Source of the DNA: an uncultured Dehalococcoidales bacterium
Lineage (GTDB): Bacteria > Chloroflexota > Dehalococcoidia > Dehalococcoidales > UBA2162
NCBI GenBank assembly: GCA_964583115.1
Contig: CAZOUZ010000002.1
Span: 1 to 33,976, forward strand
Direction of reading: 5' to 3'
Length of the DNA stretch: 33,976 nucleotides
The notes beneath the pieces are model-generated. The model saw only the letters and a list, made by a program, of their open reading frames with translations. It had not been told where the DNA came from and searched no databases. The position numbers and the translations under genes are program-made. Shown piece after piece: positions 8,501 to 16,844 of the stretch; position 1 is the first letter of the stretch; the number at the start of each line of letters is the position of its first letter.

Positions 8501-9616
8501 ATGTGGCAGCGTATTACAAGCATAATTATAAAAGAATTCATTCAACTCAGGCGTGACCGGCGAACCGTGGCGATGATAGTCCTCATCCCGATTATTCAGA
8601 TGAGCCTCTTCGGCTACGCCCTGAGCACCGACGTTAAAAACGTTCCCCTTGCTGTCTGGGACGCCAGCAATACCCCGGAAAGCCGCCAGCTTATCGAGAG
8701 CTTCCAGCAGACGGACTTCTTTACCCTCAAATACTACGCCACCAGCTACGACGATATCTCCGAACGGATAGAATCCAGCAAAGCCAGGGTAGCCCTGGTG
8801 ATACCCCCCGATTACTCCCGCAGCTTAAACCGCGGAGAGACCGCCCGGTTACAGTTCTTCACCGACGGCTCCGAGCCGACCTCAGGCATACAGGCGCTTG
8901 CCAACGCCAGCCTCATCGTGCAGGCGGAGGGCGCCGAACTGATGAGCCGGCAGCAATTGAGCGATATAGGGCTGCCCGTCTCGCTGGAACCCCGGGTCTG
9001 GTACAACCCGGCGATGCAGAGCTCGATTTTCTACCTTCCCGGTCTTGTCGGGCTGATTCTGAGTATGCTGACGGTAATGCTCACCGCCTTTGCCATTGTC
9101 CGCGAGCGGGAGAACGGCACCATCGAACAGCTTAACGTTACTCCCCTGCGGCGGGGCGAACTCATCGTAGCCAAGCTAATCCCATACATAATAATCGCTT
9201 ATGCCCAGGTAATTCTTATTCTGTTCACGGCGGTGGTAGTATTCGATATGCCGATTAGGGGCAACCTGCTGTTGCTCCTGGCGTTGACGGCAGTTTTCCT
9301 GATGTTTTCCCTCGGCATCGGCCTGTTCATCTCCACAATATCCCACACCCAGTTCCAGGCAATGCAGGCAAGCATTCTGATACTGCTGCCCAGTATCATC
9401 CTCAGCGGGTTCGTTTTTCCGGTTGAGTCCATGCCCAGACTGGCACAGTGGGTCTCGGCGATACTGCCGCTGACCTATTACCTGCGCATCGTCCGCGGCA
9501 TCGTCGTCAAGGGAGTCGGCATGGAGTACCTCTGGCAGGATACTCTCATCCTGGCGGCAATGGGAGTACTGACTCTGGTTATAGCAGCATCCCGGATGCG
9601 TAAGACTTTAACCTAA
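8501..9616 (+). CDS. ABC-2 type transporter permease (YbhS/YbhR-like)
   Basis: It has an N-terminal TM, a large extracytoplasmic loop, and then about 5 hydrophobic segments. The typical ABC-2 start is present (IIKEFIQLRRDRRT). It starts 2 nt after the ATPase stop. Confidence 0.9.
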   Translation: MWQRITSIIIKEFIQLRRDRRTVAMIVLIPIIQMSLFGYALSTDVKNVPLAVWDASNTPESRQLIESFQQTDFFTLKYYATSYDDISERIESSKARVALVIPPDYSRSLNRGETARLQFFTDGSEPTSGIQALANASLIVQAEGAELMSRQQLSDIGLPVSLEPRVWYNPAMQSSIFYLPGLVGLILSMLTVMLTAFAIVRERENGTIEQLNVTPLRRGELIVAKLIPYIIIAYAQVILILFTAVVVFDMPIRGNLLLLLALTAVFLMFSLGIGLFISTISHTQFQAMQASILILLPSIILSGFVFPVESMPRLAQWVSAILPLTYYLRIVRGIVVKGVGMEYLWQDTLILAAMGVLTLVIAASRMRKTLT

Positions 9617-9769
9617 AAGCGCGCCGGTCGATAACTTACCCCGAACCTTGATTTTATGCCTGATTTTACGTACACTTGGTGCAATACCCATTTTAACTAC
9701 ATTTTGCACGGCGTACCCGATTTTCCAGCGGTGCCGGTAAAAAAGGTGCGGCAAAGGAAGAGAAAATAG

Positions 9770-11065
9770 ATGACGGCAAAAGGGTCAATAATAAAATCGG
9801 TAACGGCAAGAGAGATTTTTTCCGGGCGCGGGCACCCTTCTATCGAAGCAACGGTGGTAACGGAGAACGACTCCGCAGGCGTAGCCGAAGCCACCGCCGG
9901 ACTTTCGGTCGGGAAGCACGAAGTCCAGTTTGCCTATGACGGCGGCGAGCGCTGGGGAGGACGCGGGGTGCTGAAAGCCGTCGGCTATGTCAACGATATC
10001 ATTGCTCCCGCCCTCAAGGGAGCGGACGCCTCGAAACAGTGGGAAGTTGATAAAATTCTTCTCGACCTCGACGGCACGCCGAACAAGGCAAAACTCGGCG
10101 GCAATACCACCGCCAGCGTTTCCGCCGCCACTCTCAAAGTTGGCGCCGCCAGCCTGGGAATACCCCTTTACCAGCACATCGGAGGAGTTAACGCCTGCAC
10201 ACTGCCGGTACCCGGGGTGGGAATCCTGAACACGCTTGAAAGGTACGGCGGCGAGGCGATACACGGCGACAAGCCAAGCTATGCTTTCATGGCTTACGGC
10301 TTCGATACTTTTTCCGATGCCTGCTACGCAAGCTGGCAGATACGGTCGGTCTATCTGAAAATGATTGAGGAAAGGTTCAACCTGAGAGCTGTCGGCAGCT
10401 ACCGCATCGTTATCCCGTCCGGCGCCGTCGAGCATGAAAAGGAAATCTGGGATATCATGGCGGAGGCGATTGAAAAGACCGGCAACGCAGGCAAAATGGG
10501 CATTCAGGTGGATGTCGCCGCCGGAACCTACTACAACAAAGAGAAAGACGTCTTCGAAGGCCTGTTCTCCAGGGAAGATAAGACTAAAGAAGAACTCATT
10601 CAACTCTACCGTGATATGGTTAAAAACTACCCCTTTATTGTCCTCGAAGACCCCCTCTACGAAGAGGACTATGAGGGGCATGCCGTCCTGACCCGAGAGC
10701 TGGGGATTCAGGTTGTCGGTGACGACCTGTTTACCACCAATATGGAGCGGTTGAAGGAGGGAATGAAAGTCGGCGCCTGCAACTCGGTGCTGCTCAAGGT
10801 CAACCAGGTAGGCACCATCAGCGAGGCTTTCGATACGGTACAGATGGCTTACAGCAAAGGGTACGGGGTTATGCCCTGTGCCAGCCGGGGCGAAGGTGCC
10901 GACATCGCCGATTACGCTGTCGGGCTGGGCACCGGCAACATCAGGGAAAGCGCCCTTGACCCGACCGCCAACCGGCTGCGCAAGATTGAAGCCGAGCTCG
11001 GCAGCCGGGCCAGGTTCCCCGGCAAAGCAGGTTTCAAGCTGGGGCCGGTCACGGGGCAACCATAA
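9770..11065 (+). CDS. Enolase-family protein, divergent, with several canonical catalytic residues substituted. It may not be a bona fide 2-phosphoglycerate enolase.
   Basis: It shows end-to-end resemblance to enolase: REIFSGRGHPSIEA, LGGNTTASVS, LYQHIGG, VDVAAG, LEDP, VGDDLFTTN, LLKVNQVG. However, QEFM becomes YAFM, VGDEGG becomes VGSYRI, SHRSGE becomes CASRGE and QIKTG becomes NIRES. Confidence 0.85.
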   Translation: MTAKGSIIKSVTAREIFSGRGHPSIEATVVTENDSAGVAEATAGLSVGKHEVQFAYDGGERWGGRGVLKAVGYVNDIIAPALKGADASKQWEVDKILLDLDGTPNKAKLGGNTTASVSAATLKVGAASLGIPLYQHIGGVNACTLPVPGVGILNTLERYGGEAIHGDKPSYAFMAYGFDTFSDACYASWQIRSVYLKMIEERFNLRAVGSYRIVIPSGAVEHEKEIWDIMAEAIEKTGNAGKMGIQVDVAAGTYYNKEKDVFEGLFSREDKTKEELIQLYRDMVKNYPFIVLEDPLYEEDYEGHAVLTRELGIQVVGDDLFTTNMERLKEGMKVGACNSVLLKVNQVGTISEAFDTVQMAYSKGYGVMPCASRGEGADIADYAVGLGTGNIRESALDPTANRLRKIEAELGSRARFPGKAGFKLGPVTGQP

Positions 11066-11125
11066 TATCATTGCGAATCCCGATTTTATCGTGGACGAAG
11101 CAATATATATGAATAAATATCTCTT

Positions 11126-11279
11126 GAGATTGCTTCGTCGCTTCACTCCTCGCAATGACAATTATATTAGATTACTGTCATTCTGAGCCCCGATGAAATC
11201 GAGGGCGAAGAATCTCGGGGTGGGAGAACGATACACATACTCCACTTCCCCGAGATCCTTCGCTACGCTCAGGATGACA
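11126..11279. repeat. Three copies of a 32-45-nt GC-rich repeat family in alternating orientation within an AT-rich spacer. Copies B and C form a ~104-nt imperfect hairpin.
   Basis: Copy A spans 11126-11160; its reverse complement reads TGTCATTGCGAGGAGTGAAGCGACGAAGCAATCTC. Copy B spans 11176-11220 (TGTCATTCTGAGC[16-nt insert]GCGAAGAATCTCGGGG). Copy C spans 11248-11279; its reverse complement reads TGTCATCCTGAGCGTAGCGAAGGATCTCGGGG. B pairs with C over 13 + 16 bp, with one G.U and one mismatch. Confidence 0.6.
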
Positions 11280-11314
11280 AAATGTAAAAATATATAGACA
11301 GCGATGAAATTTAA

Positions 11315-12715
11315 ATGATAATTAAAAACACGGACACACTGACTTCTCACGGCAACACGGCGGGCAGGCGTATTGTTCTTGACATAATGGAGGCAGGACT
11401 CGCCGCGCCGGACCCGTATGAGAACACGAAAAAGATAGCCCGGCTCGAGGGTGAAAAACTGGTCCTGGGCAACCCGCAACTCTCCGACCCGCCGGGCCAG
11501 GAACCAGTCGAGTACGCCCTTAAAGACATAAGGAACATATACGTAGCCGGCGGAGGAAAGTCGGCACAGAGAATGGCAAAAGGGCTCGAAGACGCCCTTG
11601 GAGACCTGATAACAGACGGACAGGTAAACGGCAAGAAAGGGGAGCAGGTACTGCTGAAACGTATTCCCGTAACCCTTGCCGGGCATCCCATCCCCGATGA
11701 AGACAGCGTTAAAGGCTCCGCCAGGATTCTGGAGATAGAGAAGAGCGCCAGGGAAGGCGATATCGTCTTCTGGCTGAATTCGGGAGGAGGTTCCGCCTTA
11801 CAGGCTTTACCGGCGCCCGGAATATCCCTGGAAGATTTGCAGGAGATTTACCGGATACTCTACTTCGGCTGCGGTGCCAGTATGCCGGAAGCCAATGCGG
11901 TAAGAAACCTGATTACCGTTGTCAGAATGAAGCACGCCAAGCACGTTAAAGGCGCCACCCTGGTCCAGCTTATGACAACCGAACTGCCCCTGAAACTGCG
12001 CGGGCATATGTTTTTTGAGGAAGCTTTCAGCAGTGAATACGAGCGCGCCATACACGTCCTGAAGAAATACGAAATCTGGGAAAAGGTGCCGGCTTCAGTC
12101 CGGACCTTCCTCGATAAAGCCGACCCGGAATACCTGCACCCCACACCCGGGGAGTTCGCCCAGAGACCGTACTATGTCTTCCGGGTAATGGGGCCCGAGT
12201 ACCTGTTGAATGCGGCTAAAGCCAGGGCGGAGGAGCTGGGACTGAATACAACCGTACTCGCCACCAGCCTGAACGACGTCGAAGCAAAACCCACCGGAGA
12301 AATACTCGCCGATATCGCCCAGGAGGCGGAAGTGCTGGGAAGACCGCTTGAGCCTCCCTGTGTTTTCCTCTGCGGCGGTGAGGTGGTGGTGCCAATCGGG
12401 GAGGAAACCGGGTTCGGGGGACGGAACCAGGAGCTTGTCCTGGCGGCAGCGCCGCGAATAGCCGGCAGCAAGAATACAGTCATCGGCTCGGTTGATTCCG
12501 ACGGGACGGACGGGCCGACGAACGTCGCCGGCGGTATAGTCGACGGTTATACGGCGGAAAGAATCCAGCAGGCAGGGTTCGACCTCGCCGAAGAACTTAG
12601 AAGACACAATTCGAGTCCCGTCCTGGAGGCAATAGGCGACACCATAATGACCGGAAACACGGGCAACAACGTCAGGGACCTCAGGGTAGTTTACGTCGGA
12701 AAACCCCAACCATAA
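11315..12715 (+). CDS. Glycerate 2-kinase / hydroxypyruvate reductase-like protein (DUF4147 + MOFRL family)
   Basis: The C-terminal MOFRL hallmark is present: CGGEVVVPIGEETGFGGRNQELVLAAAPRIAG...SVDSDGTDGPTNVAGGIVDG. The N-terminal part is typical of the TtuD/GckA family. Confidence 0.85.
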   Translation: MIIKNTDTLTSHGNTAGRRIVLDIMEAGLAAPDPYENTKKIARLEGEKLVLGNPQLSDPPGQEPVEYALKDIRNIYVAGGGKSAQRMAKGLEDALGDLITDGQVNGKKGEQVLLKRIPVTLAGHPIPDEDSVKGSARILEIEKSAREGDIVFWLNSGGGSALQALPAPGISLEDLQEIYRILYFGCGASMPEANAVRNLITVVRMKHAKHVKGATLVQLMTTELPLKLRGHMFFEEAFSSEYERAIHVLKKYEIWEKVPASVRTFLDKADPEYLHPTPGEFAQRPYYVFRVMGPEYLLNAAKARAEELGLNTTVLATSLNDVEAKPTGEILADIAQEAEVLGRPLEPPCVFLCGGEVVVPIGEETGFGGRNQELVLAAAPRIAGSKNTVIGSVDSDGTDGPTNVAGGIVDGYTAERIQQAGFDLAEELRRHNSSPVLEAIGDTIMTGNTGNNVRDLRVVYVGKPQP

Positions 12716-12747
12716 GATAAACAAAAAGCGTTGCCCGCACCTTACAC

Positions 12748-12763
12748 CCCGGTGAAGGCACCG
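12748..12763 (+). terminator. Small hairpin (CCGGTG-AAGG-CACCGG) downstream of the glycerate kinase gene; weak candidate terminator
   Basis: It has a perfect 6-bp stem followed by ATTTCTC. It sits in the 67-nt convergent spacer between 12715 and 12783. Confidence 0.3.
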
Positions 12764-12782
12764 GATTTCTCCATCTCCGTAT

Positions 12783-13964
12783 CTAGCCTCCGAGACCGGG
12801 GGCATTTCCGGTATACGGGTTCGCTTCCGCCAGTTTTTCGTTAAGCTCCACGCCGAGCCCCGGCTTTGTCGGGGGTATTATATACCCCTCTTCCCACCGG
12901 ATAGGCTCGCTGAGAATCTCGGCATAGAACCCTCCCCAGGTCTCTATGCTCTCCTGAATCAGGAAATTGGGACTGCAGGTATCGACGTGAATATTGGCCA
13001 GGGCTTCTATCGGGCCGGCGTACAGATGCGGGGCTATCTGCGCATAATGCGCCTCAGCCATTCCGGCTATCTTCTTGGCTTCGAGAATACCGCCTACGCG
13101 CCCCAGGGCAAACTGGAGGATAGAAGCCGCCTGTTTATCCAAAAGCTCCCTGAACTCGTATTTCGTCGAAAGTCTTTCGCCGGTGGCAATCGGGATACTG
13201 GTGTGACGGGCTACCCGCGCCATCTCATCCCGGTTCTCCGGCGGCACCGGCTCCTCAAACCATAGAGGGTCGTACTTCTCTAATCTCTTGGCCAGCCTTA
13301 TTGCGCTGGAAGTAGTCATCTGACCATGTGTACCGATAAGTATATCGCACTTATCTCCAACTGCTTCTCTTACGTTTTCGACCACTTTTTCAGCAGCCTC
13401 CAGGGCTTCCATAGTTACCTGAATCGGAGCTATGTAGCCGATCAGTTTTATCGGATCGAATTTTATGGCGGTGAAACCTAATTTCAAATAATGGGCTGCC
13501 CTTTCTCCGGCTATTTGTGGGTCACCCTGCGCTCTACGCTCTGGATCGGGGTCATCATCATCTTTCGGGTATAAATAGGTATAGCTCCTGAGTTTTTCGT
13601 GATACTTGCCGCCGAGCAGGTTATAGATGGGCTGGTTCAGGGCTTTGCCGATGATGTCCCAGCAGGCTATTTCAAACCCGCTGATTATCCCCATCTTCGT
13701 CAGGTCAGGGTGCTGGTCGTAACCGCTGGCATAGATTTTGCGCCACATCGTCTCTATCTGAAACGGGTCGGTATCAATCACAAACTGTTCGGCGACGCTC
13801 CGGATTAACTTCACTACCACCTGCGGGTCGAAGGGTACGGCATAGGCTTCACCGATGCCTTCAATCCCATCGTCGGTAATAAGTTTAACGAACAGCCATT
13901 TCCCTCCCCCTCGACTGGGCGGGGGATTTGCCACCAGATATGTCTTCAGGTCAACTATCTTCAT
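12783..13964 (-). CDS. Mandelate racemase/muconate lactonizing enzyme family protein, galactonate/gluconate-dehydratase-like acid-sugar dehydratase
   Basis: It aligns by eye to E. coli DgoD along its whole length: MKIVDLKTY..., FEIACWDIIGKAL, LWFEEPV, IATGERL, IAGMAEA, IAPH, KPGLGVE. The SD is GGAGGTG. The MR/MLE signature D-x-H reads G-T-H here. Confidence 0.88.
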   Translation of the reverse strand: MKIVDLKTYLVANPPPSRGGGKWLFVKLITDDGIEGIGEAYAVPFDPQVVVKLIRSVAEQFVIDTDPFQIETMWRKIYASGYDQHPDLTKMGIISGFEIACWDIIGKALNQPIYNLLGGKYHEKLRSYTYLYPKDDDDPDPERRAQGDPQIAGERAAHYLKLGFTAIKFDPIKLIGYIAPIQVTMEALEAAEKVVENVREAVGDKCDILIGTHGQMTTSSAIRLAKRLEKYDPLWFEEPVPPENRDEMARVARHTSIPIATGERLSTKYEFRELLDKQAASILQFALGRVGGILEAKKIAGMAEAHYAQIAPHLYAGPIEALANIHVDTCSPNFLIQESIETWGGFYAEILSEPIRWEEGYIIPPTKPGLGVELNEKLAEANPYTGNAPGLGG

Positions 13965-13994
13965 CTTTCACCTCCATTATGAATATTACTTCTG

Positions 13995-14672
13995 TCAATC
14001 ATTTTTCTTTATAGCAAAGCAGACCGAACTGTTGTTCTCGGGATTCGTTTTAAAAATATTCACTTCCTGCCGGGCAGTATCAATCATTTCGGCGGCTTCC
14101 GGGTCACCGTCATATTCGGCCTGTGCCCTGGCTATCAGCTTTTCGAGAGGAGTGATATACTCGTCCCGCCAGGTATCGGTATCCAGCAGGAAATAGTCTA
14201 TCAGTTCATAACCGCAGCCGGATATTATTTTCAGTTTCTCTTCGATATTGCCCTGGGCATCGTGCAAGAGAATATAACCACCGGACCTGAGAAAGCGCTT
14301 CCACTCTTCCAGACCTTTCTCGAAACCGATTGCGTATACCGAGCCTTCGGCAAGGATGATATCGAAGCTTTCATCCGGGAAGTCCATATCGAGGGTAGAG
14401 CGCTCGATTACCTTGATTCTATCCTCCAGGCCTTCCTCCCCGACATTCTTCCGAAGCACGTCCAGCATTTCCCGGTCGATATCGATACAGGTTATTTCGC
14501 AATCGACCGACTTCGCCAGCTCCACGGCTGACACACCGGACCCGCAGCCCGCATCAAGAATCTTCGGCCTGTCCATCGGCGGAATTATCCGGAAAGACTT
14601 CTGCGTGTACTTGAAGAGCCGCCTTCTTACCCCGTCCTTCTCAGCCTGGAACCAGGCCTTTCCGCCCTGCAT
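13995..14672 (-). CDS. Class I SAM-dependent methyltransferase
   Basis: Motif I is ILDAGCGSGVSAVELA, followed by an acidic post-I residue (CIDID) and motif II/III context (FDIILAEGSVY). The SD is GGGAGGGTG. Confidence 0.85.
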   Translation of the reverse strand: MQGGKAWFQAEKDGVRRRLFKYTQKSFRIIPPMDRPKILDAGCGSGVSAVELAKSVDCEITCIDIDREMLDVLRKNVGEEGLEDRIKVIERSTLDMDFPDESFDIILAEGSVYAIGFEKGLEEWKRFLRSGGYILLHDAQGNIEEKLKIISGCGYELIDYFLLDTDTWRDEYITPLEKLIARAQAEYDGDPEAAEMIDTARQEVNIFKTNPENNSSVCFAIKKND

Positions 14673-14902
14673 TTCACCCTCCCGTATCTCTCACTTTCAC
14701 TAATGTATATGATACGCTTTTGCAGCCCGTAGATGTCAATACCTTGCGCCCGCCCGGACACAGAGCCATCAGCCGCTATTTAATATTTACCGCCTATCTG
14801 ATACACTCTAGGGAAACGCAGTTTTCCACAATTCGACAAGCTACCGGGCTGCCGTAATTAAATCTTTAAAACAGGGCAAACTCCGGGAAAGGGAGGGTAA
14901 AG

Positions 14903-15706
14903 ATGAAGAAAAATCGACTCCGGGAACTACTTAATGAGGGCAAGCCGACTCTTGGCACCCACGTCCTGTCCCCCTGGCCGGGCATCGTCGAGGTAATCGG
15001 CTACTCCGGCGCCTTCGATTACATCGAGTACGTCGGCGAATATTCCTCCTTCACCCTGGAGCAGTTGGACAATTTCGGCCGCGCCGTGGAGCTTTTTCCG
15101 GATATGTCGGCGATGATGAAGGTAGAGGAGCAGACCAGAGGATTTATTGCCACCCGGGCAATCGACTCCGGCATCCAGAACGTTCTCTTCACCGATTGCC
15201 GCTCCGCGGAAGACGTCAGGGAGTGTATTCGCTACGTCAGGGCAGAAACGCCTGAAGCCGGCGGCGTTCACGGCTACGGTATGCGGCGGAGTATCGGCTA
15301 CGGCGGTTATCGGTCCGGGAACACGCTTGAGGAATGGACGAAGGCAATGGATAACGTCGTTATCGCTATAATGATTGAGAAAAAAGGGGCAATGGAGAAC
15401 CTGGAAGAGATTCTCTCCGTAGAAGGCGTGGATATGGTCCAGTTCGGACCTTCCGACTACTCGATAAGCATCGGCATGCCGGGGCAGTCGCAGAGCGCCG
15501 AGGTCCAGGGCGCCCACCGGCGGATGATAGAGCTTGCCCTGGGAAAAGGCGTCCACCCCCGGGTGGAGGTTGGCAGCTTCGAGCAGGCAAAACCGTTCGT
15601 TGAAATGGGAGTCCGCCACTTCTGCATCGGCTGGGACACGGGAACAATCGCCCAGTGGTGCCGGCAGCAGGCGGAAGGAATGGCCGGACTGCTTCCCCGA
15701 AAGTAA
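14903..15706 (+). CDS. HpcH/HpaI family aldolase (2-keto-3-deoxy-acid aldolase, GarL/HpaI-like)
   Basis: The family layout is present: N-terminal LRELLNEGKPTLGTHV, metal-binding region IAIMIEKKGAMENLEEI and VQFGPSDYSISIG. It is about 267 aa. The SD is GGGAGGG. Confidence 0.85.
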   Translation: MKKNRLRELLNEGKPTLGTHVLSPWPGIVEVIGYSGAFDYIEYVGEYSSFTLEQLDNFGRAVELFPDMSAMMKVEEQTRGFIATRAIDSGIQNVLFTDCRSAEDVRECIRYVRAETPEAGGVHGYGMRRSIGYGGYRSGNTLEEWTKAMDNVVIAIMIEKKGAMENLEEILSVEGVDMVQFGPSDYSISIGMPGQSQSAEVQGAHRRMIELALGKGVHPRVEVGSFEQAKPFVEMGVRHFCIGWDTGTIAQWCRQQAEGMAGLLPRK

Positions 15707-15736
15707 GTAACCCGGTCAAAACGAGAAGGAGAAAAG

Positions 15737-16723
15737 ATGTCAAAACAGAAGGTCTTTGTAAGCCGCATAATAGCCCGGGAAGCGCTGGACAAAATCGCCG
15801 GTGCCGCCGAGATGGAAGTCTGGCAGGAGGGACTGCCGCCGCCTTACGAGATTCTTCTCGAAAAAGCCCGTGAGGCTGACGGGCTGCTGACACTGCTGAC
15901 CGACCGGATGGACGCCAATTTGATGAGCAATTCGCCCAACTTAAAGGTAATAAGCAATATGGCTGTCGGCTACGATAATATCCAGGTCGAAGAAGCGACA
16001 AAACACGGCATTGTCGTCGGCTACACTCCGGGAGTACTCACCGAGACAACCGCCGATTTTGCCTTCACCCTGCTTATGGCTGCCGCCAGGAGGGTGGTCG
16101 AAGCCGACGGCTACACCAGGCAGGGGAAGTGGAAGACCTGGGAACCGATGGTACTGCTCGGTCACGATATCAATCACGCCACGCTGGGCATAATCGGCCT
16201 GGGGCGCATCGGCAGCGGGCTGGCAAAGCGGGCAAGAGGCTTCGATATGAAGGTAATCTACTACGACAGCGTCAGACAGAGCCGGGAAGAGGAGACCGGG
16301 CTTGACATCGAGTATGTCCCCGAACTGCCGGCGCTGCTTTCGAGGTCCGATTTTATAAGCGTCCACGTCCCGCTTACCCCGGAGACCAGTCACCTTATCG
16401 GTGCGGACGAGTTCGCAAAAATGAAGCCGACAGCCGTCTTTATAAACACCTCGCGCGGTCCGGTAGTCGACCAGCAGGCACTATATGAGGCGCTCAAGAC
16501 CGGCGAGATTTTCGCCGCAGCCATAGACGTTACCGAGACCGAACCGATACCCCCCGACGACCCCCTTCTCACCCTGAGCAATATCATTATTGCCCCTCAT
16601 ATCGCCAGCGCCAGCTTTCCGACACGCACAAAGATGGCCCTGATGGCTGCCGAAAATCTCCTGTCCGGACTGCGAGGCGAACCGCCGCCGAACTGCGTCA
16701 ATCCCGAGGCACTGAAAAAATAG
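15737..16723 (+). CDS. D-isomer-specific 2-hydroxyacid dehydrogenase (glyoxylate/hydroxypyruvate reductase-like)
   Basis: The NAD-binding motif is [16 protein letters not shown]. The catalytic Arg/Glu/His contexts are [16 protein letters not shown] and APHIASAS. It starts 30 nt after the aldolase gene with an AAGGAGA SD. Confidence 0.9.
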   Translation: MSKQKVFVSRIIAREALDKIAGAAEMEVWQEGLPPPYEILLEKAREADGLLTLLTDRMDANLMSNSPNLKVISNMAVGYDNIQVEEATKHGIVVGYTPGVLTETTADFAFTLLMAAARRVVEADGYTRQGKWKTWEPMVLLGHDINHATLGIIGLGRIGSGLAKRARGFDMKVIYYDSVRQSREEETGLDIEYVPELPALLSRSDFISVHVPLTPETSHLIGADEFAKMKPTAVFINTSRGPVVDQQALYEALKTGEIFAAAIDVTETEPIPPDDPLLTLSNIIIAPHIASASFPTRTKMALMAAENLLSGLRGEPPPNCVNPEALKK

Positions 16724-16790
16724 CATTCCGGGCAAAAGAAGTACCGGGCGGTCATACCTGCATAATGGGCGGCGTCTACAGGTAAACCGA

Positions 16791-16818
16791 GGGGGACTGT
16801 TTCAGGAAACAGTCCCCC
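16791..16818. terminator. Bidirectional intrinsic-terminator-like hairpin between convergent genes
   Basis: GGGGGACTGTTTC-AG-GAAACAGTCCCCC is a perfect 13-bp-arm palindrome. A T-run (CTTTTTC) follows on the plus strand. It sits between the dehydrogenase stop (16723) and the bicupin stop (16845). Confidence 0.6.
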
Positions 16819-16844
16819 GATAACTTTTTCCGGGACGGAACGGA

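Noticed and set aside
9785-11161. 458-aa minus-strand ORF spanning the whole enolase-like gene
   Set aside because: It is antisense to a CDS with clear family motifs. Its translation is low-complexity and Gly/Ala/Val/Arg-rich with no recognisable motifs. Its start comes from the intergenic repeat unit A (MSLRGVKRRSNL). This is a typical stop-codon-poor antisense frame of a GC-biased gene.
12095-12805. 236-aa minus-strand ORF opposite the glycerate kinase 3' half
   Set aside because: It is antisense to the MOFRL domain, which is clearly recognisable. It has no SD and no motifs.
14728-14738. 11-mer CCGTAGATGTC shared between the methyltransferase upstream region (14728-14738) and the degV upstream region (26621-26631)
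   Set aside because: On the coding strand it reads GACATCTACGG. In the methyltransferase region it overlaps the TTGACA -35 box, and in the degV region it starts one base after it. The similarity is therefore largely explained by promoter consensus rather than a dedicated shared operator. The methyltransferase promoter also has a suboptimal 19-nt spacer, so I did not annotate it.
14927-16001. Minus-strand ORFs 14927..15619 (230 aa) and 15366..16001 (211 aa) opposite the aldolase/dehydrogenase genes
   Set aside because: Their composition is Arg/Pro/Leu-rich and low-complexity. They overlap two well-supported plus-strand genes that have SDs.
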